IMG/VR virus record: IMGVR_UViG_2654587994_000003
Coordinates: 44,557-108,556 of that record
DNA: 64,000 nucleotides
Source: a virus
Taxonomy: Duplodnaviria; Caudoviricetes
Direction: 5' to 3' (one strand)
The position numbers and the translations under genes are program-made. This document shows, piece after piece, positions 1 through 9,316 of the stretch. Position 1 is the first letter of the stretch. Each line of letters starts with the position of its first letter. The notes under the pieces are model-generated. The model had not been told where the DNA came from. It saw nothing but the letters and a program-made list of their open reading frames with translations, and made no database searches.

Positions 1-405
1 GCGTGAGCGCCAGAGGTTTGTCCAGAAGTCCTCCCCCATGCACTTGCGGCCCCATTCAGTGCCAAGCGTTTGCATAGCGTAGCGAGGCGTGCGTCCGGAC
101 AGCATTGCAAGGTCGGTTTCTTTGTGCGCTCCTTCGATGTGGCCTTCACCAAGACCTATGGCCCGCAACATGTCTTTCAGCGGCCCTGCGAACTTCACCA
201 GTTGGTATCCGTGCCTCTCAACCAGGTATTTGCTGGCCGTGCTCTTACCGCTGCCAGCAAGGCCGGTGAGCGCGATGACGGTTGGCAGACTGGTGCTAAC
301 CTTCCCAATCGCCGCGCCGAGCGCGCGCAGTTCTGCTGGCACATTATCGTTCGCCGGTACGGCTGTGAGGCAGCCGGTGTCTTTGGATGTGATTGCGTCT
401 ACCAT
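1..405 (-). CDS. Deoxynucleoside monophosphate kinase (runs off window; absent from ORF track)
   Basis: Manual translation from ATG 405: MVDAITSK...IALTGLAGSGKST (P-loop)...KFAGPLKDML...TPRYAMQTLGTEWGR, typical phage dNMP kinase motifs; GGAGG RBS. Confidence 0.85.
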   Translation of the reverse strand, partial: MVDAITSKDTGCLTAVPANDNVPAELRALGAAIGKVSTSLPTVIALTGLAGSGKSTASKYLVERHGYQLVKFAGPLKDMLRAIGLGEGHIEGAHKETDLAMLSGRTPRYAMQTLGTEWGRKCMGEDFWTNLWRSR

Positions 406-662
406 AAATCCTCCGAATAGAGCTGGGGGCCATTGGTGGCCGATTTGATTTGGCCTGCCGCATGCGCGAGATAGAATGCCTCAACGCGGTTCACGAAACG
501 ACCTCTATCTGTGATGAATCCTTGCGCCTGAGGCGTCGCCACCGCGCCATCTATGCTCATTTGGGTGTCCATCGTTTGGATGATGGTGTGATGTCTGGCA
601 GGCGGCGGGAGCGAAATCGTTGCGCCGAACTGGATTGCCGCGGCGGCTATACGCTCTAGCAT
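399..662 (-). CDS. Phage hypothetical protein
   Basis: 87 aa ORF overlapping both neighbours in the operon. Confidence 0.7.
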   Translation of the reverse strand: MLERIAAAAIQFGATISLPPPARHHTIIQTMDTQMSIDGAVATPQAQGFITDRGRFVNRVEAFYLAHAAGQIKSATNGPQLYSEDLW

Positions 663-889
663 TTGTCTGCCTCAGCGAGCGCTTCAAATATTACTTCTTC
701 GTTCAAGTAATTCTCTCGCGCCAGACTTGCGAAATCCACTTCAGCAGGGCAGTGAACGATCGCCGCTGCAATGGCCTCCCTCGACCGCTGGAGGTATCGA
801 AGTCGCTCTGCTCTTGGCATCCCCATCCACGACCTCTTATCAAAAGAGGAGTCCGATTTTGCCATCGCTGCAATGACCTTAGCTAACAT
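656..889 (-). CDS. Phage hypothetical protein
   Basis: 77 aa, overlapping start/stop, GGAG RBS. Confidence 0.6.
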   Translation of the reverse strand: MLAKVIAAMAKSDSSFDKRSWMGMPRAERLRYLQRSREAIAAAIVHCPAEVDFASLARENYLNEEVIFEALAEADKC

Positions 890-1167
890 ACCGTCTCCTT
901 AATCCTCTTCTTGCCTTCGACATTCGGCTTCACCACCGGCTTAAACCGGCGCAGCGCGAACGGTGGATCCTCATCGCCGAACTGCGGACACACGCCACGG
1001 TTCACGCCCGCCAGCCTGATGCCGGCGTAATCTCCACCGAGATACGTGCGGCACATGCCCACCCACGTCGCCGTGTAGATCTCCCCGGCACGAATGCCGG
1101 GGTATTGCTCAGGAAGGGTGGTGTCGTCGACGCAGACGACTTCGTCGCCGGGTTTGATCGCATTCAA
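883..1167 (-). CDS. Phage hypothetical protein
   Basis: 94 aa, coupled to upstream ORF, GGAGG RBS. Confidence 0.65.
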   Translation of the reverse strand: MNAIKPGDEVVCVDDTTLPEQYPGIRAGEIYTATWVGMCRTYLGGDYAGIRLAGVNRGVCPQFGDEDPPFALRRFKPVVKPNVEGKKRIKETVC

Positions 1168-1364
1168 GAGACGGCCTCCTCCCGCGTCATTTCACCAAGG
1201 TAGCTCACTGCGATTGGGCACGCGTCGGCGCCTCCCAAAACAGCATTCCGCGCTTCTCGAATCCGCCCCTCGTTCACGTATTTGTCGGGCCACCCCATCG
1301 TGACGCGCGCAAACGTTCCATTCGCTGCCGCGTAGCTGAACATGAAATAATGGAGCTTCTTCAA
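1164..1364 (-). CDS. Phage hypothetical protein
   Basis: 66 aa, 4-nt overlaps on both sides. Confidence 0.6.
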   Translation of the reverse strand: MKKLHYFMFSYAAANGTFARVTMGWPDKYVNEGRIREARNAVLGGADACPIAVSYLGEMTREEAVS

Positions 1365-2092
1365 GCCGCCCTCCCCGCCATCAACGCATCAAACGTCGCC
1401 AGGAACTCAAGCTCCGCCTCCTCCGGCGACCAGTACCGCAGCTTCACGCCCAGCTCTTTCCCGGCGTACCGCGCATGCCACGGCATCTCCCGCAGGTTGA
1501 CCAGCTCGTCGGCGATGATGCTGTTGTCGGCGTCGTGAACCTCGCGCGGCAACTCCTTCGGCAAACCAAACCGCGCCGCGATAGCCAGCCAGTTGTCTTG
1601 CTCGATCGCACGGTAGTTCGTCAGGTACGGCTTGAGTGGGCGCGGAATGTCCACGCAGTATGCTTCAGGGGCATCGTGCAGAAGGCCAGCCAAAGCCACC
1701 TCCGGCGCGTGCTTGGCTGCAAGGTGACGGGCAATCAGAACTGAATGTTCGGCGACGCTGTAGAACTTGATGCAGTGCCCTGCGTAGCGGCATTGCAGGC
1801 CGAGCGAATGCGCGATGTCTTCGATGTAGACTTCGTGCGGGCGCGGCGACATCGGCCAATATTTGCGACCGGTGAAGGTTTGCATGAAATCGCCGGCGCG
1901 GGGTGGTTCGGCTGGTGTGTTGCGGGTTAGGCCGATGTATTGTCCGTTGTCCTGGGACTGAGGACGGTTGTCGTTGGCGGCAACTGGGGTACACCTTGTG
2001 CGCTCTTCGCGCAGCGCCATTGCAGCCTTAAAGGTGGCGATCTTTTTATCTGCGATCTCTCTCGCGTCTATCACTGCAGCGTATGGCATCAA
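1361..2092 (-). CDS. HD-domain 5'-deoxynucleotidase (YfbR/YfdR-like)
   Basis: DIAHSL..CRYAGH..FYSVAEHS..LLHDAPEAY..DIPRPLK motifs. Confidence 0.85.
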   Translation of the reverse strand: MMPYAAVIDAREIADKKIATFKAAMALREERTRCTPVAANDNRPQSQDNGQYIGLTRNTPAEPPRAGDFMQTFTGRKYWPMSPRPHEVYIEDIAHSLGLQCRYAGHCIKFYSVAEHSVLIARHLAAKHAPEVALAGLLHDAPEAYCVDIPRPLKPYLTNYRAIEQDNWLAIAARFGLPKELPREVHDADNSIIADELVNLREMPWHARYAGKELGVKLRYWSPEEAELEFLATFDALMAGRAA

Positions 2093-2517
2093 AACGCCTT
2101 CCCACCAGCCATAAGCCGGTTTTCGATTTTGTGGTCAGGGCGGTTGGCGTTGAATGCCATCTTCTCGACGGCGGCGCCGCCGAGGTCATAGCCAAGGAAC
2201 GCAGCCAGATCGCCGATCCGAATCATTGCGTCAGCAAGCTCCACCTCAGCCATAGGTCGGTGCGGCAGCTTGTCGTCCATCAGCACTTTACCGGGCTTGG
2301 ACTTGCGATAGCCCTCCATCGCTTCGCTGATCTCGCTGTGAATCAGGCAAAGCATCTCAGGCACGTTGCGGTCCAGCGCCCTGCCTGTGGCGAGGTCAGT
2401 GTACCAGCCTGCTCTACGGCTTGCTGCGTGGCAGTCGGCTGCAAACAGGTTGATCGCTGCGGCGTGGTGGAATTCCACCTCCGCAGCAATTTTTAAAGTC
2501 ACGACGTTGTCACTCAT
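2089..2517 (-). CDS. MazG-like NTP pyrophosphohydrolase
   Basis: LIHSEISEAMEG..EVELADAMIRI (EXXE..EXXD) all-alpha NTP-PPase motif. Confidence 0.8.
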   Translation of the reverse strand: MSDNVVTLKIAAEVEFHHAAAINLFAADCHAASRRAGWYTDLATGRALDRNVPEMLCLIHSEISEAMEGYRKSKPGKVLMDDKLPHRPMAEVELADAMIRIGDLAAFLGYDLGGAAVEKMAFNANRPDHKIENRLMAGGKAF

Positions 2518-2723
2518 TCTTGTCTCCTCAGTGGCGGTGGTTGACCGCCAGTTGGTAGCTGGCGGCTGGTTGGGGATTGCTGGGGAAGTCGCTGTATAAA
2601 TGCTAAAAAAACCCGAATTTGCCGGTTGTTTCGGTGGTTATCCCCCATTGGCAATTGACCTTCGGCCCGTAGGGAGTCCTTATTGCCATTGTGGTGCCAG
2701 CGAATCTTTCACTGGAGCACCAA

Positions 2724-2873
2724 ATGAAGACCTTCCTTAAGTTCAGGCACGGTAAAACCGAAGGTGAAGCGAACAACACTCTCGGAATGTTGCTGCTTAC
2801 GATCATTGCCGTAACCTACAGGCTTGCGCCGTTCATCGCGCTGGGCGCTGGCGGATACTGGTATGTTCGCTAG
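2724..2873 (+). CDS. Small membrane protein (moron)
   Basis: 49 aa with hydrophobic segment, GGAG RBS, opposite strand to operon. Confidence 0.5.
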   Translation: MKTFLKFRHGKTEGEANNTLGMLLLTIIAVTYRLAPFIALGAGGYWYVR

Positions 2874-2877
2874 GGCG

Positions 2878-4131
2878 TCACGCCACCGCCCTCGCCGGCT
2901 CATTGTCATTGGCCGCCGCATATCGCCCCGCGACCATCTCCGGACGCAACGTGGCGCGGGCAACTTCGCCGAAGCGGCGAGAATACGTGATAACTTTGGC
3001 AGACCGGCCCGACAGCCATCCGCCGCCAGCAGCGTATGCGTCAGGCGCGGCAAGCGTTTCGTGGCGCTCGACATACATCAGCGCCGACTTGCGGCCCTCA
3101 TCGCTGTGCAGGTGCCCGACATGCGCGAAGGCGTACTTCGATGCGCCGAACATTTCGCGGAACATGCCTGCCAACGTCGCATCGACCTGGGCCACGCCAC
3201 GCTTATGGCCGTGGTGATAGAACAGCGCTGTGTCGCCCCACTTGTAGGCGTAATAAAGCATAGGGCTGGTATCGACCGACACGCGCGGCTCGTTCTCGTA
3301 GATCGTCGCCAACAGCTCGCGAACCCATACGGACGAGGCCGGGTCATGGTTGCCCGAAGCCATGACGACGTGAACGTGCTTGTGCTTTTGCAACAGCATA
3401 TCAACGACGCGACGCAGAGTGCGAATAACGACGCGGACCACCTTATGCAGGCGGGAATCGGCGTCGAGAACGTGCTTATGCGCAGGCGTCACGCTCTCAA
3501 GAGCGTCATGGTGCAAGAGGTCGCCGAGCTGCGCGAGAACAGCTGTGTGCGCCTGCGGAGCGCCAGCCACAGCGGCGGCAAACCAATCCAGCAGCAACTG
3601 TTCGGCCAGCCTTAGATCGTAGTCGGCGCCCGTTTCCTCGCGATGGGCCAGCATGCCAAAATGGCTGTCGGTCACAACGAACTGGTTGAGGAGGTCTTCT
3701 TCGATGTGCTGCGGCGCAGGCATTATCGTGATGCGAGGCAGATTTTCCTTGAGGCCGTCGACAACGGCGCGGAACGCGGCCAACTGCCCTTCGGCATCCA
3801 CCGCCGTCTTCTGCCACTGCTGGATAACGCGCCCCTCAGCATCAACGAGGGCAGACACACCTTTGACGACGTGGCCAGTCGGCACCGCGAACTTCTCGCC
3901 CCGTTCCGGCGTCTGCTGGATGAACGTGCCGCTCGGAGTGTTGCTGATACGGCTTATGCGAAAGCCAGGAAGGACAGGCTCCGTGCCAAGAAGGCCAGCT
4001 TCGGCGGCGCGTTTGATGCTCTCGGCAAGAGCGGACTTGCCGATGCCAAGCACGGCGGCAGCCTTCACGAGCGTGCCGTGCTCTTTGTAGGCATCGGCTC
4101 TCCGGCGTAGTTCTTCTATGGGTAGAGGCAT
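2878..4131 (-). CDS. Calcineurin-like metallophosphoesterase with N-terminal HTH
   Basis: TDSHFG, GDLLH, GNHD, HHGH, GHLH motifs; start set at ATG 4131 behind GAGGAG. Confidence 0.8.
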   Translation of the reverse strand: MPLPIEELRRRADAYKEHGTLVKAAAVLGIGKSALAESIKRAAEAGLLGTEPVLPGFRISRISNTPSGTFIQQTPERGEKFAVPTGHVVKGVSALVDAEGRVIQQWQKTAVDAEGQLAAFRAVVDGLKENLPRITIMPAPQHIEEDLLNQFVVTDSHFGMLAHREETGADYDLRLAEQLLLDWFAAAVAGAPQAHTAVLAQLGDLLHHDALESVTPAHKHVLDADSRLHKVVRVVIRTLRRVVDMLLQKHKHVHVVMASGNHDPASSVWVRELLATIYENEPRVSVDTSPMLYYAYKWGDTALFYHHGHKRGVAQVDATLAGMFREMFGASKYAFAHVGHLHSDEGRKSALMYVERHETLAAPDAYAAGGGWLSGRSAKVITYSRRFGEVARATLRPEMVAGRYAAANDNEPARAVA

Positions 4132-4183
4132 GCAGTCTCCTCGATGTGGTGGTGAAGGCCGCTTGGTGGGCGGCCTGATTATT

Positions 4184-4849
4184 TTACTTACGCGCCAGCA
4201 ACTCACAAACCGCAGTCGAAGGCACGACATAGCCATAGCCAACCAGCGAGCCTGAGAAGCCAATAGGCGCAGCCATGACGCCAACAGTGATGCCGATCAG
4301 GTCGCCGTTGTCTGCGTAGACGGGTCCGCCTGACTGGCCCATCACAGTTGTGATGTCTGTCACATAGACCGATTTCCAAGGACCTGTTTCGCGGGACTCG
4401 CCAGCGATCTTTCCGTATGCGGCAACGAATTCGATTTTCAGAGGATTGCCGTAAGCAACGATAGGATCGCCAACATTCACAGCGTGGCAGGCCAGTTTTG
4501 CGACGCCGAGGCCGTCCGACGACGTACGCAGCAGTGCAATGTCATTGGCTTTGTTGACCCAGAGGACATCAGCCTTGCGAAGAGCTCCGCCCTTCGCTTT
4601 CAACTGAACTTCCTTCGCGTCGCCGACGACGTGCGCAGCAGTGACTATGAAGCCATCGCCGATATGAACGCCGGAGCCGTGGCCGTTTTCAAGCTGGATT
4701 TTAACGGTGGCTGTTTCTGTTGCTGCGGGTGTTGGTGGAGGAAGGAGCGCATAGGCGGCCGCAGATGTCGCGGCGATGACGAGGAATAAAGCAACGAGGA
4801 ATGCTGTTGGCGTACGCCGCGACGCGGCATGCAGGAATCGTCTGAGCAT
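4184..4849 (-). CDS. Trypsin-like (S1) serine protease with N-terminal signal/TM segment
   Basis: GSGV, TAAHVV, DIALL, GQSGGP catalytic triad motifs. Confidence 0.85.
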   Translation of the reverse strand: MLRRFLHAASRRTPTAFLVALFLVIAATSAAAYALLPPPTPAATETATVKIQLENGHGSGVHIGDGFIVTAAHVVGDAKEVQLKAKGGALRKADVLWVNKANDIALLRTSSDGLGVAKLACHAVNVGDPIVAYGNPLKIEFVAAYGKIAGESRETGPWKSVYVTDITTVMGQSGGPVYADNGDLIGITVGVMAAPIGFSGSLVGYGYVVPSTAVCELLARK

Positions 4850-4929
4850 GATTATCCCCTCTTTCTGGCGACCGTGCGCCAATGTGGTGGTCTCGGTTGG
4901 TTGCCGAGCGGCTGGTGAGGCCGACAATC

Positions 4930-4961
4930 AAGCTATACTGTTTTTACAAATTTGTCAAGAT
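4930..4961 (-). promoter_or_regulatory. Repeated phage promoter/operator, copy 1
   Basis: TTGACA-17-TAGCTT on minus strand with palindrome ACAAATTTGT; identical 32 bp at 47462-47493. Confidence 0.75.
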
Positions 4962-5003
4962 TTGCGGCCGCCTCAGAATCCCGATTGACTCTTTAGAGCA
5001 TGA

Positions 5004-5018
5004 GAACATAATAAGAAC
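5004..5018 (+). promoter_or_regulatory. Alphaproteobacterial LexA (SOS) box
   Basis: GAAC-N7-GAAC downstream of TTGACT (4985), in front of the SRAP operon. Confidence 0.8.
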
Positions 5019-5021
5019 ATC

Positions 5022-5225
5022 ATGTCTCACAAGATGCGAACACAAGCAATGAAACAGTACAGATTTCGGGCTGGGCGCTGGATCGTAACAGTGCGCGCGC
5101 CGACCTTTGCCCACGCTAAAATAGCCGCCGCAGCAAAGCTGGATCAACGGGCAGCGAAGCTTTTCGCTAGTCCGCCTGCATGCGGCTGGAAGCTTGAACG
5201 ACTAGCAGACACCACCAGAGGATAG
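5022..5225 (+). CDS. Hypothetical protein, first gene of SOS operon
   Basis: ORF directly after the LexA box; start uncertain (5022 or 5049). Confidence 0.5.
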   Translation: MSHKMRTQAMKQYRFRAGRWIVTVRAPTFAHAKIAAAAKLDQRAAKLFASPPACGWKLERLADTTRG

Positions 5226-5229
5226 TCCT

Positions 5230-5430
5230 GTGCGCCCAAATTCAAGAGAACCGCAAGCTGATCCGGTTGACCACATCATTGCATGGCATGACGGCGATAG
5301 CCGCGCCGCGATTGAGACGCTGATGGAAGACATCCAGCACTTGCGGCTGCAGCTTGCGCTGGCGACCGCAGCGATGGGAACCGGCTTCACGAGAGGATGG
5401 AAGCCGGACGCCGACAGAAATGCCAGGTGA
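5230..5430 (+). CDS. Small hypothetical protein
   Basis: 66 aa, GAGG RBS, helical DPVDHIIAWHDGD..LMEDIQHLR. Confidence 0.65.
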   Translation: MRPNSREPQADPVDHIIAWHDGDSRAAIETLMEDIQHLRLQLALATAAMGTGFTRGWKPDADRNAR

Positions 5431-5896
5431 AGGAGCTTATCTGCTTTCGGACTACGGCGGCGAGCCTGTCGGCGTTATATGTGAGGAATGCGAGCTCCTG
5501 AAATTCATTAGTTCGGCCGAGCTAATGGTCGAATTTGGCGACCTGTCGATGCCGACGATGCTGCGGCGCATTTCCCAAGAAGTGATCAAATGCGCTAGGC
5601 CGATGGAGGGCTTTTCAGGCCGCTGCATGCTTCATTACCACGCGCGCGCCGGCAGTCAGATCGATGCATTGAAACAAGCGACGCCGCCGGCCGTTAGAGT
5701 GAAGGAAATTCGAAACTGGGAGATTGTCGTTGCCAAGTGCAACTACTGCGGCCACGTTTCAAATATCCCGCACTGGCAACTGAACCGCGCGGCGAAGACG
5801 GACACTACGGTGGACGAAATTGCCAAGCGACTGAAATGCAAACGATGCAGCGTGAAGGGTGATGTGAAAATCACCATAGCCAAGATGCCGAGGTGA
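5420..5896 (+). CDS. Double zinc-ribbon protein
   Basis: CEEC..C..C and CNYC..CKRC. Confidence 0.65.
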   Translation: MPGEGAYLLSDYGGEPVGVICEECELLKFISSAELMVEFGDLSMPTMLRRISQEVIKCARPMEGFSGRCMLHYHARAGSQIDALKQATPPAVRVKEIRNWEIVVAKCNYCGHVSNIPHWQLNRAAKTDTTVDEIAKRLKCKRCSVKGDVKITIAKMPR

Positions 5897-5898
5897 GC

Positions 5899-6672
5899 AT
5901 GTGTAACTTGTATCGCATGGAGGACAAGGACTGGGTCTCGAAATGGGCTCAGGACGCCGAAAGCTTTATCAACCTGATGCCGGCCTATCAAATGAACCCC
6001 GATCAGATGGGCCCCATCGTCCGCAACACTGCGGATGGCAAGAAGCAGCTTGTGCATGCGCGCTGGGGCCTGCCCTCACCGATTTTCGTGCAGAAGAAGG
6101 CTGCGGAAGCTCGAGCGGATAAGCTGAGGGCCAAAGGCAAGGCCGTCGATATGGATGAACTCATCCGGATGGAGCCGGACCGCGGTGTGACGAATGTGCG
6201 CAAGCTCAATCTGCCTCACTGGACGCGCTGGTTCGGCGTCGAGCACAGGTGTCTCGTCCCGGTCACCAGCTTTGCCGAGCCGGATCCGGCAAGCAAACAG
6301 GAAGGTGGCAATGTGCCTAATGCCTGGTTTGCCCGAGACGAGGCAAAATCACTCATGTTCTTCGCGGGCATCCACGTGCCGCAATGGAAAAGCGTTCGCA
6401 AGGTGAAGGACGGAATGACCACGGACGATCTCTATGGCTTCCTGACCACGGATCCCAATGATCTCGTTAGGCCCATCCACGAGAAGGCTATGCCCGTTCT
6501 TCTGTTGACGAAGGAAGAAACCGACGTCTGGATGCGGGCGCCTTGGGATGAGGCAAAGCACCTCGCCCGCCCACTGCCAAACGATGCCCTGATTGTGCTG
6601 TCGCGTGAACCTTATGGCTCAACGATTGTTTCGCGAAGCGGAGAACCGGTGGAGCAAGGAAGCCATTTATAA
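5899..6672 (+). CDS. SRAP/YedK-like abasic-site protecting protein
   Basis: N-terminal [28 protein letters not shown]. Confidence 0.9.
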   Translation: MCNLYRMEDKDWVSKWAQDAESFINLMPAYQMNPDQMGPIVRNTADGKKQLVHARWGLPSPIFVQKKAAEARADKLRAKGKAVDMDELIRMEPDRGVTNVRKLNLPHWTRWFGVEHRCLVPVTSFAEPDPASKQEGGNVPNAWFARDEAKSLMFFAGIHVPQWKSVRKVKDGMTTDDLYGFLTTDPNDLVRPIHEKAMPVLLLTKEETDVWMRAPWDEAKHLARPLPNDALIVLSREPYGSTIVSRSGEPVEQGSHL

Positions 6673-6745
6673 CCGGCGGCCGCCGCCAGATGAATGCATG
6701 TCAATGAGGAGAGTAAGCCCACTATTCGGATAGAGGAGGAGGAAG

Positions 6746-7159
6746 ATGCATATTCGCCCCTACATTCTCGAAAATCACGGTGTCTACCCAAAGCGGTTTC
6801 TGGAAGATGGCGACTTCTTCGGAGTGCAAAAAGCCATTCACGAGGATCTGGACGCGCGGCTGATCGCTGAGGTGGATCGAGAATCCGACCTCACCGCCTA
6901 TTCCGGATACGTCGCGATGGAACTGTGGGCCGATGACGACGACATACCGACGGGCGCGAAGATCGAGATGTTGTTCAGTGAACGGAAAGGCATCGCCGCC
7001 GTCCTCTACGACCATCCGAAAATATCCGATGCTTTCATTGAGTGGGTGTTTTGCAACTCGCCCAACGACGCATTGACCAAATGGAAGAAGAAAGTTCGTT
7101 GGCCGCTGATGGAAACATCACGGGGGCCGGTCGACATAACCGGAGAGGCCCAACAATGA
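6746..7159 (+). CDS. Hypothetical protein
   Basis: 137 aa, strong GGAGGAGG RBS. Confidence 0.7.
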   Translation: MHIRPYILENHGVYPKRFLEDGDFFGVQKAIHEDLDARLIAEVDRESDLTAYSGYVAMELWADDDDIPTGAKIEMLFSERKGIAAVLYDHPKISDAFIEWVFCNSPNDALTKWKKKVRWPLMETSRGPVDITGEAQQ

Positions 7160-7323
7160 GCGACCAGACCAGCAAGGCCGGCGACGGCATCCACGAGAAT
7201 CACTGGTGCGAGCATCCGGGCTGTCGTAAATGGGGTGGTTTCGGCTTTAGCCGAAATAAAGTTGAGAAGTCATCCTGGCATTGCTGGGAGCATTATCCGT
7301 TCAAGGAGCAGCGCGGCGGTTAA
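7156..7323 (+). CDS. Small Cys/His-rich protein
   Basis: HWCEHPGC..WGGFG..WHCWEH; ATGA overlap. Confidence 0.7.
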   Translation: MSDQTSKAGDGIHENHWCEHPGCRKWGGFGFSRNKVEKSSWHCWEHYPFKEQRGG

Positions 7324-7355
7324 CGAGCTGCTGCGCCAATCTCAATCACTTTTAC

Positions 7356-7380
7356 GGAACGCCCGGCTTATTATCTCGTT
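7356..7380 (+). promoter_or_regulatory. EcfG/RpoE2-type general stress promoter
   Basis: GGAAC-N16-CGTT upstream of 7415. Confidence 0.65.
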
Positions 7381-7414
7381 CGTCAAATTACAGACGAGAA
7401 CAGGGATTTAGGTA

Positions 7415-7684
7415 ATGCCGCGGTACTACTTTCACGTTCGAGACGCCGAAGGTCTGTCCGTGGATTTCGAGGGCGCTGATTTCGCTAGTGACGAGCGAGC
7501 CTGCGACGAGGCGAAGCAAGCTGCAAAAGAAATGCTTGCGGAGAGAATTCTGAGAGATGAGCTTCTGGACGGCACCATGTTTGAAGTGTTCAAATCAGCC
7601 GGCGTTTTGGTCGCGAAAATCCCGCTGATGTCTGTAATGCGTTTCAAACTTTCGATCAGTCAAAGATTTGACGGTCGCGAGTGA
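7415..7684 (+). CDS. DUF6894-like small protein
   Basis: MPRYYFHVRD..D.EG..F..A..EA pattern. Confidence 0.75.
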   Translation: MPRYYFHVRDAEGLSVDFEGADFASDERACDEAKQAAKEMLAERILRDELLDGTMFEVFKSAGVLVAKIPLMSVMRFKLSISQRFDGRE

Positions 7685-7732
7685 ATCCTGCACCATCGCG
7701 AATGTGTAGGCAGGATTGGAGGGCATCGGCTC

Positions 7733-7841
7733 ATGATGATCATGAGCGAAGAGGACATTCCCGCTTTTGTTGAAGCTTGAGGCGGCTCTGGGAACGGATG
7801 AGCTTGAGCGGATGAAACGGGACGAGGTGAAGAAGCAGTGA
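7733..7841 (+). pseudogene. Frameshifted remnant sharing its C-terminus with 7855-8127
   Basis: MSEEDIPAFVEA/EAALGTDELERMKRDEVKKQ split by a frameshift; compare LEQMKRDEVKNQ. Confidence 0.4.
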
Positions 7842-7854
7842 GGGGCCGCCGAAA

Positions 7855-8127
7855 ATGATGAGCCTGGCACGTCTCATTTGCGGACTTTTTGCGGTTGTGG
7901 CCATCGTTATTTTTATTGGCCTGCTGACGGTAGATCGGTGGTTTACCATCGGGGAACGAGCGCAAGGTGATTACCCGACACGGACGCAGGCAGAACAAGC
8001 CGAGGCTGAAGCTAGGGCGAGCGCAGCGGCCGCGGAAGCTCGTAAGGCGGCTGGGAATGCTTTAAAGGCGTCAGAGGAGACAAACGGGCTTGAGCAAATG
8101 AAACGCGACGAGGTGAAAAATCAATGA
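7855..8127 (+). CDS. Membrane-anchored hypothetical protein
   Basis: N-terminal TM helix, Ala-rich coil. Confidence 0.6.
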   Translation: MMSLARLICGLFAVVAIVIFIGLLTVDRWFTIGERAQGDYPTRTQAEQAEAEARASAAAAEARKAAGNALKASEETNGLEQMKRDEVKNQ

Positions 8128-8173
8128 GCGGTGAAGGGGTAATTTTCGGTCCTGTCACTGGGGAAGCAAAATA

Positions 8174-9178
8174 ATGCGCTCGATTCTACTTTTCCTTTGT
8201 TTCTCGGCATTCTCCTGCCTTCACGCGAACGCCGACGATATTCAGGCCGGTGGTGAACAGTGGCAAGACCCGACATGCAAAGATGTGGCGCGCGCAATCA
8301 TCATGACTGAGATCTATCCTTCTTATTCCTACGAGATGCCTCTTGTGCGAGAAGACGGGACATATCGCCCTTTCATCGAGAGGAAATTTTCACCGACCGA
8401 ACGCCAGGAAAAGCGGCATTTTGAGAAGGAGTGGAGATCAACTCCTCGCCTTGGCGTCGAGTGGTCGTCTTGGGACAGATATGAGCCCACCTTGACAAAC
8501 TGCAAGCTGGTTGGCTCGGAAGTGGACGCGAGAGGCGTGGTAATTCACTACCGGATGAACTGGACCAGCCTCCCTTACCGAGCGGAAATGGATGCGTGGG
8601 TTTCGCAAGACCATCAGATGTTAACGCGTGTTACACGTCGCTACCTCGGCGGTGGATTAGAGTTCCCCGAGGAACGAGTGGCGTTTCTGTTCAAGTATGA
8701 CGGCCTCTTGATCACCTCGCCACTGAGGAGCCCAAGACCTTCCGACAGCCTCACATCTTGCGATCGGGTGAAACGGATGGTTGCGAAATTCAATGAGACG
8801 CAAGCCGTCCAAATGACGATGCGATTCGTCAATAATGGCGAAGGAGAACCTTATTTTGGCCAGTATTTGCACGTTGGCGCAAAGGAGTACTCGCGAGATA
8901 CAGGATGGCCGTGGGAAGTCCGGGATCGTGTATTCGTCCCTACAGAGATAATTAACAAATGCAAATTGCTCGGCTTTCAAGAAGTAAATGGCATTGCAAC
9001 TTCATTGTATGAATACGAAAGGCCAGACCTTCGAGACGGCGAACTGCGTATCCTGACCTGGATTTCTGACGAAACCCATCTGCCCGTAAAGGCCCATTTC
9101 ACACGGCCAAAGCCCGTCGATGGTTTCGAGGTGTACATCACCTATGCATTCGACCCGGACGTGAAAGCGCCAATCTGA
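8174..9178 (+). CDS. Secreted protein with two tandem similar domains
   Basis: Signal peptide; internal repeat TC..NCKLVG..WVS versus SC..KCKLLG..WIS. Confidence 0.7.
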   Translation: MRSILLFLCFSAFSCLHANADDIQAGGEQWQDPTCKDVARAIIMTEIYPSYSYEMPLVREDGTYRPFIERKFSPTERQEKRHFEKEWRSTPRLGVEWSSWDRYEPTLTNCKLVGSEVDARGVVIHYRMNWTSLPYRAEMDAWVSQDHQMLTRVTRRYLGGGLEFPEERVAFLFKYDGLLITSPLRSPRPSDSLTSCDRVKRMVAKFNETQAVQMTMRFVNNGEGEPYFGQYLHVGAKEYSRDTGWPWEVRDRVFVPTEIINKCKLLGFQEVNGIATSLYEYERPDLRDGELRILTWISDETHLPVKAHFTRPKPVDGFEVYITYAFDPDVKAPI

Positions 9179-9316
9179 CACGGCCGCGTGATTTTGACAT
9201 CCCTGAAGGGCAACTTGCCGCCCCGGATACGCTTGGGTTGCTAGTGTTGCCTGCCCGCTACAGCATATTTCATCGAGTTGTTGTTTAGTGGAGGCTCAAA
9301 TTTAGGAGTTCAGACC

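Noticed and set aside
1361-2517. HD plus MazG-like genes as a 2-aminoadenine (Z-genome) pathway
   Set aside because: No purZ-like gene in the window; both families are common in ordinary phages
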